Shown: positions 1 through 12,977, numbered from the stretch's first letter. The stretch is DNA of 64,000 nt from Rebecca billardiae RCC1528 (GCA_965240325.2 OZ251226.1:2852001-2916000); one strand, 5' to 3'. Notes: generated by a model not told the origin, from the sequence alone. A program made the numbers and translations.

Positions 1-3000
1 AGATCGCCTCGCAGGCGGCGGAGAAGGAGAAGGCGGTGGGCGACTTCAAGGTGAAGATCGAGCACGACCTCGCCAACGCCGAGCCCGCGCTGCTCAAGGC
101 CGCCGCCGCGCTCGACTCGCTCAACAAGAAGGACCTCGGCGAGCTCAAGTCGCTCGCAAAGCCGCCGGCCGGCATCGACGACGTGACGGGCGCGTGCGTC
201 TACCTGCTGCACGACGGCTCCAAGGGCAAGATCGACGCGTCGTGGAAGGCGTCGCAGCAGCTGATGAAGGATGTGAACAAGTTCCTCGACGAGCTGCTCA
301 CCTTCAAGGAGAAGATCGACACGGGCAAGGTGCCCAAGCAGAACTTCAAGAACATCCGGCCGCTGCTCGAGAAGGAGTGGTTCAACGTGGACACGATGCG
401 CACCAAGTCGAGCGCGGCCGCCGGGCTGTGCGACTGGGTGCTCAACATCACGGTGTACTGGGACATCAACGAGAACGTCGAGCCGATGCGCGAGGCGGCG
501 GCGAACGCGGTGACGCAGCTCGAGCAGGCGATCGAGGCGAAGAACGCCGCGCTCGAGGCGGCGGAGAAGGCGAAGGCGACGGTGGCCGAGCTCACCGCCG
601 CGTACGACGCGGCCGTCGCCGAGAAGGAGGCGACGATGGCGGAGGCGGCGGCGTGCGAGCGCAAGCTCGGGCTGGCGCAGCGGCTGATGGCGGCGCTCGG
701 CTCCGAGGGCGAGCGCTGGAAGCAGGGCATCGCCGCGCTCCAGGGCCAGCTCGGCCTGATCGCGGGCAACGTGCTGCTCGCCGCGGCGTTTGTCTCCTAC
801 TCCGGCTGCTTCAACCGCCACTTCCGCGAGATGCTGCTCAACGAGCGCTTCCTGCCCTTCCTGCAGGGCACGGTGCCCGCGGCGAAGAACATCGCGATCC
901 CGATGTCGCCCTCCGCCGACCCGCTCAAGATCCTCACCACCGACGCGGAGATCGCGCAGTGGAGCAACGAGAACCTGCCGAGCGACCGCGTGTCGGTCGA
1001 GAACGGCGCGATCGTGACCAACTGCGCGCGCTGGCCGCTGATGATCGACCCGCAGCTGCAGGGGATCACGTGGATCAAGACGCGCGAGGAGCGGCGCGGG
1101 CTGCAGGTGGTGCGCCTCGGGCAGAAGCTGCTGATGCGCAAGCTCGAGAAGGCGCTCGAGGCGGGCATGCCCATCGCGATCGAGAACATGCAGATCAACG
1201 TCGACGCGGTGCTCGCGCCCGTGATCGGCCGTCAGGTCACGCGCCGCGGCCGCACCGTCTTCGTCAAGCTCGGCGACAAGGAGGTGGACTACCACGCGGA
1301 CTTCAAGCTGTACCTGCAGACGAAGCTGTCCAACCCGCACTACCCGCCCGAGATCCAGGCGGAGACCACGCTGATCAACTTCATGGTGACGGAGGACGGG
1401 CTGGAGGACCAGCTGCTCGCGCTCACCGTCTCCAAAGAGCGGCCCGACCTCGAGGAGTCCAAGTCCGAGCTGATCGCGCAGATGAACGCGTTCAAGATCA
1501 AGACGAAGGAGCTGGAGGACGGGATCCTCGAGCAGCTCGCGAACGCGGAGGGCGACGTGCTCGAGAACATCACGCTGATCGAGAACCTCGAGGACTCGAA
1601 GCGCGTCTCGCTCGAGATCGCGGAGAAGGTGAAGGTGGCGGAGGTGACGGAGGCGGAGATCAACTCGGCGCGCGAGCTGTACCGCACCGTCGCGACGCGC
1701 GGCTCGATGATGTTCTTCCTGCTCTCCGGGCTGAACAAGGTGCACTCGTTCCACCACTACTCGCTCAACGCGTTCGTCACCGTCTTCGAGCGCTCGATCA
1801 CCGGCCGGCGCGGCAAGCTCGTCTGGAACGAGGAGGCGCTCATGTCGGGGATCGCGCCCGACAAGCTCAAGCGCGCGCTCAAGGGCGAGGCGGCCGAGCA
1901 CAAGAAGGAGGAGCTGCGCACGCACCCCGAGGCGTTCGAGGAGCGGCTGGCGTACCTCGTGGAGAACATCACGTACCAGACCTTCTCGTACGCGCGGCGC
2001 GGCCTCTTCGAGCGGCACAAGCTCATCCTCGCGACGCAGCTGCTGCTGGCCGTGATGAGGCGCGAGGGCGAGCTGCAGCCCGCCGAGGCCGAGTACCTGG
2101 TGCTCGGCCGCAAGGCGCTCTCGCCGCCGCCGATGACGGCGCGCGTGCAGGAGTACCTGTCCGAGGCGCAGTGGGCGGCGGTGTGCGCGCTGCGCGAGGT
2201 CGAAGCCTTCAAGTCGCTCACCGAGGACCTCGAGCTCACGGTGGACGCGTGGCGCGAGTGGGTGGACGCGGAGCGGCCCGAGGAGGCGGCGCTGCCGGGC
2301 GAGTGGGGCAAGCGCGTCACGCCCTTCCAGCAGATCCTGCTGCTGCGCGCGCTGCGCTCGGACCGCGTGACCACGGCGATCGCGAGCTTCATCGAGCACC
2401 GCCTCGGCACGCGGTACATGCAGCAGGAGGCCTTCGCGATGGACGACGCGTTCAACGACTCGTCGCGCGCGATGCCGCTCTTCTTCGTGCTCTTCCCCGG
2501 CGTCGACCCGGGCGAGGCGCTCGAGGGGCTGGGCAGGCGGCTCGGCTTCACGCAGGCGCAGGGGAACTACGTGCCGATCTCGATGGGGCAGGGGCAGGAG
2601 CGCCACGCGGAGAACACGCTCGACCGCTTCACCAAGGAGGGCGGCTGGGTCTTCCTGCAGAACATCCACCTGATGCAGTCGTGGCTGCCGACGCTCGAGC
2701 GCAGGCTGGAGGTGGCGGCGGACGGAGGCCACGAGGACTTCCGCGCCTTCCTCTCGGCCGAGCCGCCGCCGCTGCCGGACATGCAGACGGTGCCGGAGGG
2801 GATCATGCAGGCGGCGATCAAGGTGGCCAACGAGCCGCCCACCGACCTCAAGGCCACGCTCCGCTCCTCGTACGCGCTCTTCGACCAGTCGACGCTCGAC
2901 GCGTCGTCCAAGTCGTGGGCGCACCGGCCGATGCTGTTTGCGCTCTCCTTCTTCCACGCGCTCGTGCTCGGCCGGCGCAAGTTCGGCTTCCAGGGGTTCT

Positions 3001-4788
3001 CGCGGAACTACCCGTTCAACAACGGCGACATCACCGTCTGCGCCTCCGTGCTGCACAACTACCTCGAGGCCTCGGCCGAGGGCGTGCCGTGGGAGGACGT
3101 GCGGTACATCTTTGGCGAGATCATGTACGGTGGGCACATCACAGACGCGTGGGACCGGCGCGTGACCAACACCTACCTCGAGGTGCTGCTCCAGCCGCCG
3201 CTGCTCGACGAGAGGGTGCGCGCCCGCGCCCGCGTGCCCGCGCGCGTCGACGCGCCGGCGCGCGCGCCGCGCCCTCTCCCCTCGCGCGCGCGCGCCCAAG
3301 CTCACCTCTAGCGCCCTGCCCGCCGCGCCGCCCGCGCGCCCGCGCGCCCGCGCGCCCGTGCGCCCGCGCGCCGTGCGCCGTGCGCCGTGCGCCGTGCGCA
3401 GGACGAGTTTGAGCTCACGCGCGGGTACAAGCCTTTGCTCGAGGGCTCGTACGCGGAGTACCGCTCGTACATCGAGAGCGGGCTGCCGGCCGAGTCGCCC
3501 GTGCTCTTCGGGCTGCACCCGAACGCCGAGATCGGCCTGCTGATCAGCATCTGCGACGCGCTCTTCGAGGCCATCTTCACGCTGCAGGGCGGCGGCGGCG
3601 GCGACGGCGGCGGCGGCGACGGCGGCGGCGCGGCCGGCGGCGCGACCAAGGAGTCGACCGTCAAGGAGATGCTGACCGACTACCAGGGCAAGCTGCCCGA
3701 GGACTTTGTGATGATCGACATCAAGGCGCGCGTGCGGGAGAAGACGCCGTACGTCGTGTGCGTCCTCCAGGTGCGGCAGCGCGCGCCACACGGCCCGCCC
3801 TCTCCGCGCGCGTTGCCCGTGCTCACGCGCTGCCGCCGCCGCCCTCGCGCGCGCCATGCCGGGCCCTGCAGGAGCTGGAGCGCATGAACGCCGTGCTCGG
3901 GCTGATGCGGCGCGAGATGAGCGAGCTCGAGCTCGGCCTCGCGGGCGCGCTTAACATCTCCGACATGATGGACACGCTGATCACCTTCCTCTTCACCAAC
4001 AAGGTGCCGCCCGGCTGGCTCAAGGTGTGCGGCCAGATCGGCCCCACCGGCACCTACAACCGCAAGACGCTCAGCGCGTGGTTCATGGACCTGCTCGTGC
4101 GGTACAAGCAGCTCAAGGAGTGGTCGGAGGACCCGCAGACCATGCCGCCGTGCGTGTGGCTTAGCGGGCTCTTCAACCCGATGGGCTACGTCACCGCCTG
4201 CCTGCAGGTGAGCGCGCTTGCGCTCGCGCACGGCGCGTCCCGCCGGCCCCCAGCCGCGCACTGCTCAGCACGCGCCGCCCACGCACACGCCGCGCGCTGT
4301 GCAGGTCACCGCGCGCGCCAAGGAGCTGCCGCTCGACGCGATGGTCGTCTCGACCGACGTGCTGCGCATCACCGCCGACCAGGTGACGGCCCAGCCCGAG
4401 GAGGGTGCGTACATCCACGGCCTCTTCATGGAGGGCGCGCGATGGGACTCGCAGCACGACACGATCGCAGACTCGCTACCGAAGGTGCGCGCGCTGCCGA
4501 TCCCCCATCGCCCGCGCGTGGTGCCACGGCGGGCGGAGCTCACGCATCCCGCGCACGACCCGCCCGCTCCACGCACGCTCGTTGCAGGAATTATTCCCGG
4601 CCATGCCCGTCATGCACGTGCGAGGCATCACGGCCGACGAGGTCCACGACGACGGCGCGTTCCAGTGCCCGGTCTTCACCACCCGGATCCGTGGGCCAAC
4701 GTTCACCTTTGCGGCGCCGCTGCGCACGATGCGCCCGGCGTACACGTGGGTGCTCGCTGGCGTGTGCTTGGTCATGCAAGCAGACTGA
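1..4788 (+). CDS. Axonemal dynein heavy chain, C-terminal part (stalk/MTBD, AAA5, AAA6, C-terminal domain); 5' end lies outside the window. Exons <1-3215, 3402-3770, 3872-4207, 4305-4484, 4588-4788
   Basis: Dynein motifs NENLPSDRVSVENG, RWPLMIDPQLQG, LYLQTKLSNPHYPPEIQAETTLINF, SMGQGQE, GGWVFLQNIHL, YIFGEIMYGGHITD, LFGLHPNAEIG, WLSGLFNP, GAYIHGLFMEGARWD. Four GT-AG introns restore a continuous frame. Confidence 0.97.
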
Positions 4789-4960
4789 TCAGCATCATCA
4801 GTGATCAGACAGATAGAATTAATCAGCAGGCGGGCTCTCAGACGCGACGTAAATATTACGCTATATGATGATGACGACCGCCGCGAGTTCCGCGGTCGTC
4901 CCCTTCCGTCAGAACCAACGTAGTTGGAGGCCCGCGCGGTGCAGCTGATAGTGAATAATT

Positions 4961-6928
4961 TAGGTGGGTCCCTCCCAACTGGGGCGATATTCTGGCGCAC
5001 TCAGAATGACGTCCTAGATTTTGTCTCTCACCCAGAATCGACGCTATATAAATGCGTCCCATCGGGGCGGAGCAAAAGTTTCGACCTCAAAACCTACTCC
5101 GCGTGCCGTCGCGCGGCCGAGCGCGCGCGCGCCGCGCGAGTAGTGTCACATAGAGATTTTGCGAAGCGTTACTTCATGGTTATGGTGGCTAGATGGCGAC
5201 ATGCGATCGGAATTACTTATTGACAACCGTTGACACCCGACCGAACCATTTTATGAAGCAAAGAGTGGGGCTCTATGCTATTGCTGTGCGCTGATACCTC
5301 CAACAAACTACTCAGCAAGATCGAGCATATTACCCACTTCGTATATAGCCACTTACCCGTATATACTATGGGGTTTACCCACTTTAATATTGACCGTGGA
5401 TGCGGTTCATTATATATTCAAATTCGTTCCGACATGTGGGTACGTTTGTTGGGTCATCGAATAGGCGCCGAGCGACGCGAACACAGGCAACCCGGGCCGC
5501 AACCGGACTGCTTGCGAGTGGCAGCAGTGTTTGTGGCGGGCTGCGTGCCGAGGCACACACCATCGCCCGCCACCGAGCATGCCACCGTCGTCACACGGGA
5601 GCCCTCCGCCGTCGAGGCTGGACTATCAGCCAACGCCACCGCCGGAGCTTGCCGCGTTTGGCGGCTTCCGTGCTCGTACTCCGCGTGTCACCGGTCGTCG
5701 TATGCCCACCCGCGTGAGGCCGCCACCAGTCCATGACTACCGCAGCTGCAGCCCATGCCGCCGACGATGCCTCCTACCATCTTCTCGCCAGGCAGCAATA
5801 CGATAGGTTCACCGACGCTGCTGCTAGGCTGAGAGCACTCAGCCAGTTGGCCGGCGAGACGTCAGATGGTTGAGAGCTGCTGGCCTAGCCATCACGTTGC
5901 GGCTTCCGCTCGCTCAAGTACACCCAACGTGACGACGAGAACGTGCCGGGCAATCATCAGACATGCGTCTGAGGGGTCCACTACGCCTAGCCGTAGAGTT
6001 GCTGAGTACGAGTCTTCGCAGACCACAAGCGGAACGAGTGGGACCACCCAATGGCAGGAGCAACAGCGTGGGGTGGCACTCGCGCCTGTCAACGCGACCG
6101 CGTTCTGTCAAAAATGGACCCATATCCTGCGACCACCCTCGAGCACCGCATACTATGCCCACACTCGGCATAGGGAAGGATCGCTGAGCGCCTGCTGCCG
6201 CTGTCAAAGGCCCTGCTGATCTTCCTGGCGCTGGATCGTGCACACGGATGGCAAGTCGGCGTGCTCGCCGCACATCGCGGCGGCTTCTCAGCATCCCAAG
6301 TCCTCAGTGCACCCATCCTAGGCCTGCTGGTCGATGATTGGTACCAACCCCCACCAAACACGCCCTCTCGGAAGTCGCCAATCGCTTACATGGCTCCCCG
6401 AGAGCCCGGGGCTGGCTGTCGTGCGTTCTCACGAGCAGCTTGCGCACAGCCCAAATGTCACCTTCACGGTGCGTTGAGCTGCTCAAGATGGCGGGAGCGT
6501 CAAGAGCATGCCCGTGCACGACACTGACCCATGCCTCCCGTCGCCTGACCCGCATGTGGCAAAAACTGACCCTGCTCGAAGGCACGGGTCGAACACCCGC
6601 CGATCGATTCAAGTTGTCTGTACGCGTCTAGCCGGGCGAGAGTCAAACATGCGGGCACGTGCCAGGCGGGGGATGTGTGACCACGGATCCCATCCGTGAG
6701 CACGCGCAAAGCGCTGGAGCGCGCGATAGGTGTTGGCTGTGGTCTACCCGACACACGGCGGCTCGGTCGCGCTGGAGAGGCGCTCCGACATCGTCGGGAG
6801 CGTTCAGATCGGACCTCGGCCGGCGGCCCGGCGATTTTCCCGAGCCGCGCCCGCGCGAAAAGAAATCAGGCCAGAAAACCCGGCGTAAATGTCAAAAGAC
6901 TGCTGGAAAATCGCCAGGGACCCACCTA
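4961..6928. mobile_element. Putative non-autonomous TIR DNA transposon (~1.97 kb)
   Basis: taggtgggtccct (4961-4973) is the exact reverse complement of agggacccaccta (6916-6928). A ggcgat(a/t)ttc motif continues the match after an indel. TA at both outer ends, lower-GC interior, no recognisable ORF. Confidence 0.55.
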
Positions 6929-7115
6929 TAAGTGATACGTGGCCATATTGATATTCCCATAACGTCCTGCCACCCGCTCCGTCACGGCGCACTGCATGAC
7001 TGCAGCGCTTCGCCGGCTCGCCGCCGCGTCGATGCCGAGTGAGTGAGTGCAACGCTGCAATAATAAGGGACAGACAAGCGCAGGGGCGCGGCCAGTGTAT
7101 AACGATATATATGAT

Positions 7116-9076
7116 TAAACTTTTCTGAGGATAGCGCACCAGCAATTTCCCTTGACCGCCATCCGGGCCGAAGTGGCGCAAAATGGCGGTTGCCCCGTTT
7201 GGGCGCCCTTCCGCGCCTTCGAGCGGCTCGTGCGCGTCGGGAAGTGCGCCGAAGCGTATCCGGAGCATGCTCCATCGACGCGTCGCACTGCCGGGCCCTC
7301 GCATGCCAGCCCACGCCGACGTCTGAGTGCGCCTCGCCGCGCACGGTACAGCTTGACGGTACACGGCACGATTCGGCCGCGAGCAGCCTCGTGCGCGCGA
7401 CCGAGCCAGAGGTGGTCGCCGAGAGTAGCACGAGTGGCGGCACACGCGCGGGCCTGATCGTTGCCGAATATCTGACGCACCAATCGACCTCGCCCAGCGC
7501 CATCTGCTCGTTTGCGCACGTGTCGGAAAGAATGCGCAGCTGCCTGCAAACGCCGAGCGCGCAGATGAGGCGTGGGCGAGCGAAGGGGCGGCGAGGGCCG
7601 GCGCGTGCGCGCGCGTAAATTCGAGCCTCCCCATACGCATCGAAACACACCGCGCTCGCTCGTCGAGCTGCGCACGGGTATCGGTGCGCGCGCGCCAACG
7701 CGGCGCGCCGTGAACGCGCCCGGCGAATGCACACCTGCTCGCGCGCGCACGCGCGCGTGATGGACCGAGGAGGTCGCGCGAGCATGCGCGATGTGTCTGG
7801 ATGGAGCGTGTAGGAGGTGGAGGCTGCGCTCCGCACGCGCTCCGCCACCGTGCACCGCGCTGCCCCTCGTCCACGCGATCGCCGCCGAGCCCAGATTCAA
7901 ACGCGCGCGAGCCCGCGAGCGCGCCTCCGAGCAGCGCTTGCAGCAATCGTGTCGAAGGCTTGGCGAGAGGCAGATGTGCATGGCAAGTAGCGCAATGGGG
8001 GTGCCCATCACGCACACACACCCGCGCACGCTCGCCGCACCACCTCGTCGTGCCCACGTTCAGCGCGCGGGGCGCACTTTGCGCCTCGAGCAGCTGCCGA
8101 GCTGCTCCCGCGCGCGGCGCGCGCGGCGAGTAGAACTCAGCCAATGGTCCGAGGGCGAGCCGGCCGAGCGTCGTGCGTGACGCACATGGACCTGGTGCAA
8201 CGCCGCGTACCACTCGCAGCCACCATCGCGCCCGTACCAGCGAGCTGTGGCCGCCGCCGACACCCCAAAGCAGCCCAGCCGTCAGCGCGCGACAGCCGGC
8301 GAGCGCGCGACGCGCGCGTGCACCACCGTGATGAGCACGGATGAGCGCGCGCGCCCGTGTCGTAGCTCAGGTGGGGTCCCCCGATCGCACGCACCACCGC
8401 GCTGCCACGCCTTCGACCATCTTGTGTCACCACGCGGGCACACGCCGGGCAGGCGGCGGGGGCAGCCCGCTCGGCAAACGGTCAGCGCGCAGCGAGGATG
8501 GAGTCCGGCGAGGGGCGACCGGAGTGTCCGGCGCGACGGAGGTGGTCCACGCCGTGGTCGCCGACGCGATCCTCACCACCTCCGAGGCCGTGGTGGCCGC
8601 CCGGGAGAAGGAATGCTCCCAGTCGCACCCTTTGCAGTGCTCCTTTGCGCGTGCACGCAACGGCGAGGAGCGGAAGCGTTAGAGGGCACTTTTTGTGCAG
8701 TTCAGGCGTTCTTTCCCCAAAATGTAGAATGCGCGGAGAAGTGCCCTCTAACGATTTTCGTGTGCAGCCGTGCCGCGCGCGCGAGGAAGGCCACATGCGG
8801 CTCCTTGCACATCTGCTGCAGATCGGCTCGTGCTCGGCGAGCGCGGCGAGGAGGAAGGTGCGCGCTCGCGAGCTGGCGCACCTGGGAGACCTCGCGGCCT
8901 CCGAGCAGAAAGAGCGCGTCGAGCGCAACGCCGCAGGTCGCACGGTCGCGATCTCGCGAGAGCGGTGGTGCGAGGGCGGGCCTCGCCATCGCGCGTTTCT
9001 GCGTCCAAACGCGGCCTCCGTAAAATCCGGATGGCGGTCAAGGGATTTTGCTGGTGCGCTATCCTCAGAAAAGTTT

Positions 9077-9077
<1 letters not shown>
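7116..9077. mobile_element. TIR DNA transposon derivative (~1.96 kb) with 51-bp TIRs
   Basis: 7116-7166 taaacttttctgaggatagcgcaccagcaatttcccttgaccgccatccgg matches the reverse complement of 9027-9077 with 2 mismatches. TA at both outer ends; the right end abuts a (CA)n(TA)n tract. Confidence 0.85.
8677..8753. repeat. 77-bp mini inverted-repeat element (15-bp perfect IR) nested in the 7116-9077 element
   Basis: cgttagagggcactt (8677-8691) / aagtgccctctaacg (8739-8753), enclosing an AT-richer spacer. Confidence 0.6.

Positions 9078-9121
<44 letters not shown>
9078..9121. repeat. (CA)n(TA)n microsatellite
   Basis: Direct reading. Confidence 0.95.
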
Positions 9122-9298
9122 ACGACGTGGTGTGCAACGGGCAAGCGTCAGGCTCAGAGTGCAGCAGACACATATAGAATGCGTCCGCGCCTTCCGACCA
9201 GGTCAGGCAGTGCGCCACCCGCAGCCCTGCCCCCCTACGGGAGCGGGGGCGGGATGGAGCACCGCCTCGGCCTGGGGCACGCGGCGGCGACGGCAGAA

Positions 9299-9322
9299 TA
9301 TATATATATATATATATATATA
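9299..9322. repeat. (TA)n microsatellite
   Basis: Direct reading. Confidence 0.95.
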
Positions 9323-10104
9323 GTTGTATTTATCCCGAATTTCCTCCGTGCACGATTTCTTTTCCTTTCCAGGCGCTTGGATCCAACCGCCAGGAGAGGT
9401 CGAGTCCCAGGTACTACCGCTGTCGTACCTGCCCTCCCTGAACCGGCGCGAGCGCGCTCGGCCCCTAATCCTATTGCTTTCGCCGCTGCCCGCAGGCGAA
9501 CGGCAACGCAAGCCGCCGGTTACGTATATACGTTTTCCCCCGGCGCTATTGGTCTAACGACCGGCCTGTCAGTTTACTGGTGGCCGCCGTTTGCCCTTGA
9601 CATTGACTTGTGACTCGTGTCACGTGTGGGACGACTCCCGCACCGCCCGCTCGTCCGCACGGACGACGCTGCTGACGACGTCCGCAGGGACACTGTGATA
9701 AGCCCCTGCGTGACCGGGGAACTGGTAAGGCGGAATAAACATCATGAGCTCAAACGTGTGAAACCACGGACCGCCGGGCATGGCCCATCCAGCCGGTCGC
9801 AGCGCCGCGGGTGTCGCGACGAACGCGCGGGCAATGATGCTCGCGTGCAGCGCGCTCTGCATCGAGCAGCCGAGTGAAAGCGCGCTGATGAACCAGATGC
9901 CCACACATAGCGCGGTTCGAGTCCGGTTGCGCAACGCTCTTTCGCCCGAAAGTGCGCTTCTTCTTCACTCCCGCTGAACGGGGTGAAGATCCGTCCCTGA
10001 AAGGCTCATGAGAGCGGGACGGCGGATGGCCCGCGGCCCGTCGGAACGCTGGTGAAGGAACAACACCAGGCTAAAGAACAAACCCGCCGGAAGGAACCGC
10101 GTTA

Positions 10105-10217
10105 TGTTAAGCTTTTGCGCCGAGTCCTTAACCACTCGGACACGCAAAAGCTCCCACGACGCGTCGTGGGAGGTTTTGCGTGTCCGAGTGGTTAAGAACT
10201 CGGCGCAAAGCTTAACA
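10105..10217. repeat. 113-bp spacerless palindrome with nested hairpins
   Basis: Centre at 10161|10162 (ctcccacgacg|cgtcgtgggag); arms match with 2 mismatches and 1 indel. Confidence 0.95.
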
Positions 10218-11043
10218 CACACATATATGTGGCGTTATAGGGAACCTATAACTGAGTGTCTATGAGCGACGCCAAGAATCCGGCTCGCACCGTCGCACGG
10301 CGTCAGGCACGGCATTCCTGCGTTCATCCCGCGCGCACCGCCGCGCGCAGGAGTCCTGGTGCGCTGCCAATCTGGCCCACAGTGGCGCACCTGCAGGACT
10401 CGGTTGGTTACCGCTCACAATCATCGGATCGATCAGGCTTCGCTCTCGGGGGCGCCATGGGGCTGCTCACGACGAAGGCGCCGAGCTGGGCAAGGGAATC
10501 GCCTGCATCGGGCACTGCCGGGTGCACGCTCCGCTGCAGGAGGTGCACCGCAGTCGCCGCAGCCCCTCTGCTCGGTAAGGTCGCTGGCTGTCTGTGTGGC
10601 CCGGCTCCCCGCCTGATCGTTCGGCGGCGCGACGTCATCATCTGTCTTCGCCGCGTCGCCCCTCATGCAATGGTCTCTTGCTCTCGCCGCTGTCGCGTCA
10701 ACCCGCGCACGCTTCATCGTTTGCCCGCCCGCCCACCCTCGGCGGCTCGGCCTCTGGCGAATATGGAAGCACTGCAGTGTCAGCGAGCCATCAGCCTTAA
10801 TCGACCTTGCTCAGTGACTGACGACTCGCGGGCGCCCTCTCGACCTCGGGCAGCAGCTCAACCGCCACGCCGCTGCCAGCGCCCGCTGTCGTTCGTTGCT
10901 CAAATCCCAACATAGCTAACCTGATCGTTCCATGATTGATCATCGTGGTCGTCTACTCCACGACGCCGCGCGCCGCGACCATCCAGCTCTAGAGTCCATT
11001 CGTACCCGACGCCTTGTACGAGCCGGGCATGGCGGAGTGGCTA

Positions 11044-11046
<3 letters not shown>

Positions 11047-11112
<66 letters not shown>
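11047..11112. repeat. (TA)n microsatellite
   Basis: Direct reading. Confidence 0.95.
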
Positions 11113-11147
11113 CGTCTATAATTCCCGCACGGATGATGCGCCGTGAT

Positions 11148-12542
11148 TCACGGCGTTCCTCGCGAGTGGCATGATGACCACCTGTCAGCAGCCGTTGGGA
11201 CAAACGGCGTGCTCGGCCGGTTGCGTCGCAGTTTAGCTGCTGTCCGCACAACCGCTGCGACACTGGGCACCAACTCGAATCCACGCCGGCCTGCAGTGAA
11301 ATTGACATAGCTGCCGCCATCACCGTGTTCAGTGATGTGCACACTGTGCCCCACGGAATCGGCTACATTCTGCGCAGCTGGCAGCAGTTGCAGCGCGAGC
11401 ACGTGCTCGGCCTTCGAGAGCCACCTGGCAGTGTCCAGCGAGCAGAATGCGCCACGAGCAACCGCCTGTTCAAAGGCCTGGCGCAACGCTGCCTCGTCTG
11501 CGTCGCTCCCCAACATGCGCGCCTCGTCGGCAACCGATGCCAGCAGCAGCTGATTCAGCGTGCCGCTGTCAGCACACTCCACTGGCTCTGACGAGAAGGT
11601 GAAGCCGTGGTCCTCGAGCCGCTTGTACAGATTGAGAAGCTGCGTTTTGACCATGCTAGTGGCAAGGACGCCAGCTGGTGCAAAGCCCGTCCTGGAGGCT
11701 TCTAGCAGGACATCGAGCAACGAGAGGAAGTGGAGAGGCTTTGCGCCCCGTGTGTTGGCCCGGGCTCGCAAGAGCGTGGCGCCATCCGAGCTCGACAGGA
11801 ATCTGCAGGTGTGAACAGCGCCGAAGACATCACAGATGAGCCGCTGCACCAGCGGTGTCTGCGTGTCGTGCATGTTGAGGACGCTCGCTTTGATTGCGCG
11901 TGATCCTACGCCCATCCGCAGCCAGTGATTCAATGAGGCGACACCGCCATAGTGTCCCCGAACCTTTCGAAAGTTTGACCACTTGAGCCAGTGCACCTTG
12001 CGCATGTGCTGCGCGAGCTTCCAGCCAAGCGGTTCGCGGTACAAAGCCCCAAGGAAAGCCTGAGCGTACAAGCTGAGTGCCCACTCGAATGTGCGCCGAT
12101 ACACGACGATCACGTGAATGCCAAATCCCGCGCGCACGAGCTCGCGCGGCATGTGCGAGACGTCCACATTCGTGTGCCCAAACTCCTCGCACGTGAAGAA
12201 GATGCCGCTGACCCCGGCACCCGAGTGGGCGTGCACTCGCTCTCTCAACGTCACTGACGCGTTCAGGGCGGCGGTATTGCAGCCAGGCGGATAGGGTGTC
12301 CTTTGTCCGAAGCAGTAGCACCACTCCCTCATGTACGTGCAGTGCCTCTTCGTGCCATGGACGGAGGCAGGGGCGATATTGTCGCCCCATCGCAGCAGGG
12401 TCATTACCTTGTCATCGTGGAGGACTTCCTGCATCGTCGTTGATGCTGTCTTCAGAGGCCCAATGTGCACGTAGGCGGTGCGGATGCTGCTTCCTGCCGC
12501 AACCATCGCCATCGCGACACCCATGGCGAGGAGCCCTACCAT
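11148..12542 (-). CDS. Secreted/Golgi sulfotransferase-like P-loop protein
   Basis: Hydrophobic N-terminus MVGLLAMGVAMAMVAAG; YVHIGPLKTASTTMQ motif; IFFTCEEF and VIVVYRR..EWALSLYAQ motifs typical of this family. Start codon inferred. Confidence 0.7.
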   Translation of the reverse strand: MVGLLAMGVAMAMVAAGSSIRTAYVHIGPLKTASTTMQEVLHDDKVMTLLRWGDNIAPASVHGTKRHCTYMREWCYCFGQRTPYPPGCNTAALNASVTLRERVHAHSGAGVSGIFFTCEEFGHTNVDVSHMPRELVRAGFGIHVIVVYRRTFEWALSLYAQAFLGALYREPLGWKLAQHMRKVHWLKWSNFRKVRGHYGGVASLNHWLRMGVGSRAIKASVLNMHDTQTPLVQRLICDVFGAVHTCRFLSSSDGATLLRARANTRGAKPLHFLSLLDVLLEASRTGFAPAGVLATSMVKTQLLNLYKRLEDHGFTFSSEPVECADSGTLNQLLLASVADEARMLGSDADEAALRQAFEQAVARGAFCSLDTARWLSKAEHVLALQLLPAAQNVADSVGHSVHITEHGDGGSYVNFTAGRRGFELVPSVAAVVRTAAKLRRNRPSTPFVPTAADRWSSCHSRGTP

Positions 12543-12977
12543 CACGGCGTCGGCTCCATGGCGAGGACTGGGCAGCGTCCAGAGAGCGCACGATCGATGG
12601 TGCCTCCGCGCGCCGCGAGACGGACGGCAGCGCAAGTGGGCGGTGCAGACCTCGTCGAGGCTCCGCGCTGGGGATCGAGCCTCATCCGAAGGACCGAAGC
12701 CGCGACCGGATACCATATTGTCAGGGCGGAATACGATGGGACGATCCAAAGCTGACAATACTGATGATTGAAGACAGCTGAGTCTGAGTGACTCAGTGAG
12801 GCGGACTCAATGACCGGAGTCGCGTGCGTCGGCGCGTCGGCGCGTTGGTCACGATCTGCGCCAGACACTCAATAATACGTATGGCAACTCATGTGGCCCG
12901 TGATCGGTGAACGAGGATACATGGATACAACGGCGTGCAGTAGCTCCTAAGACCTAACTCCGTAAATGCCTGACTGA

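Noticed and set aside
194-3412. Long alternative-frame and antisense ORFs overlapping real genes (e.g. 194-3412, 29914-32070, 31493-33376, 49852-51543, 53657-55471)
   Set aside because: Arg/Ala/Gly-rich shadow ORFs expected from extreme GC3 bias; no motifs
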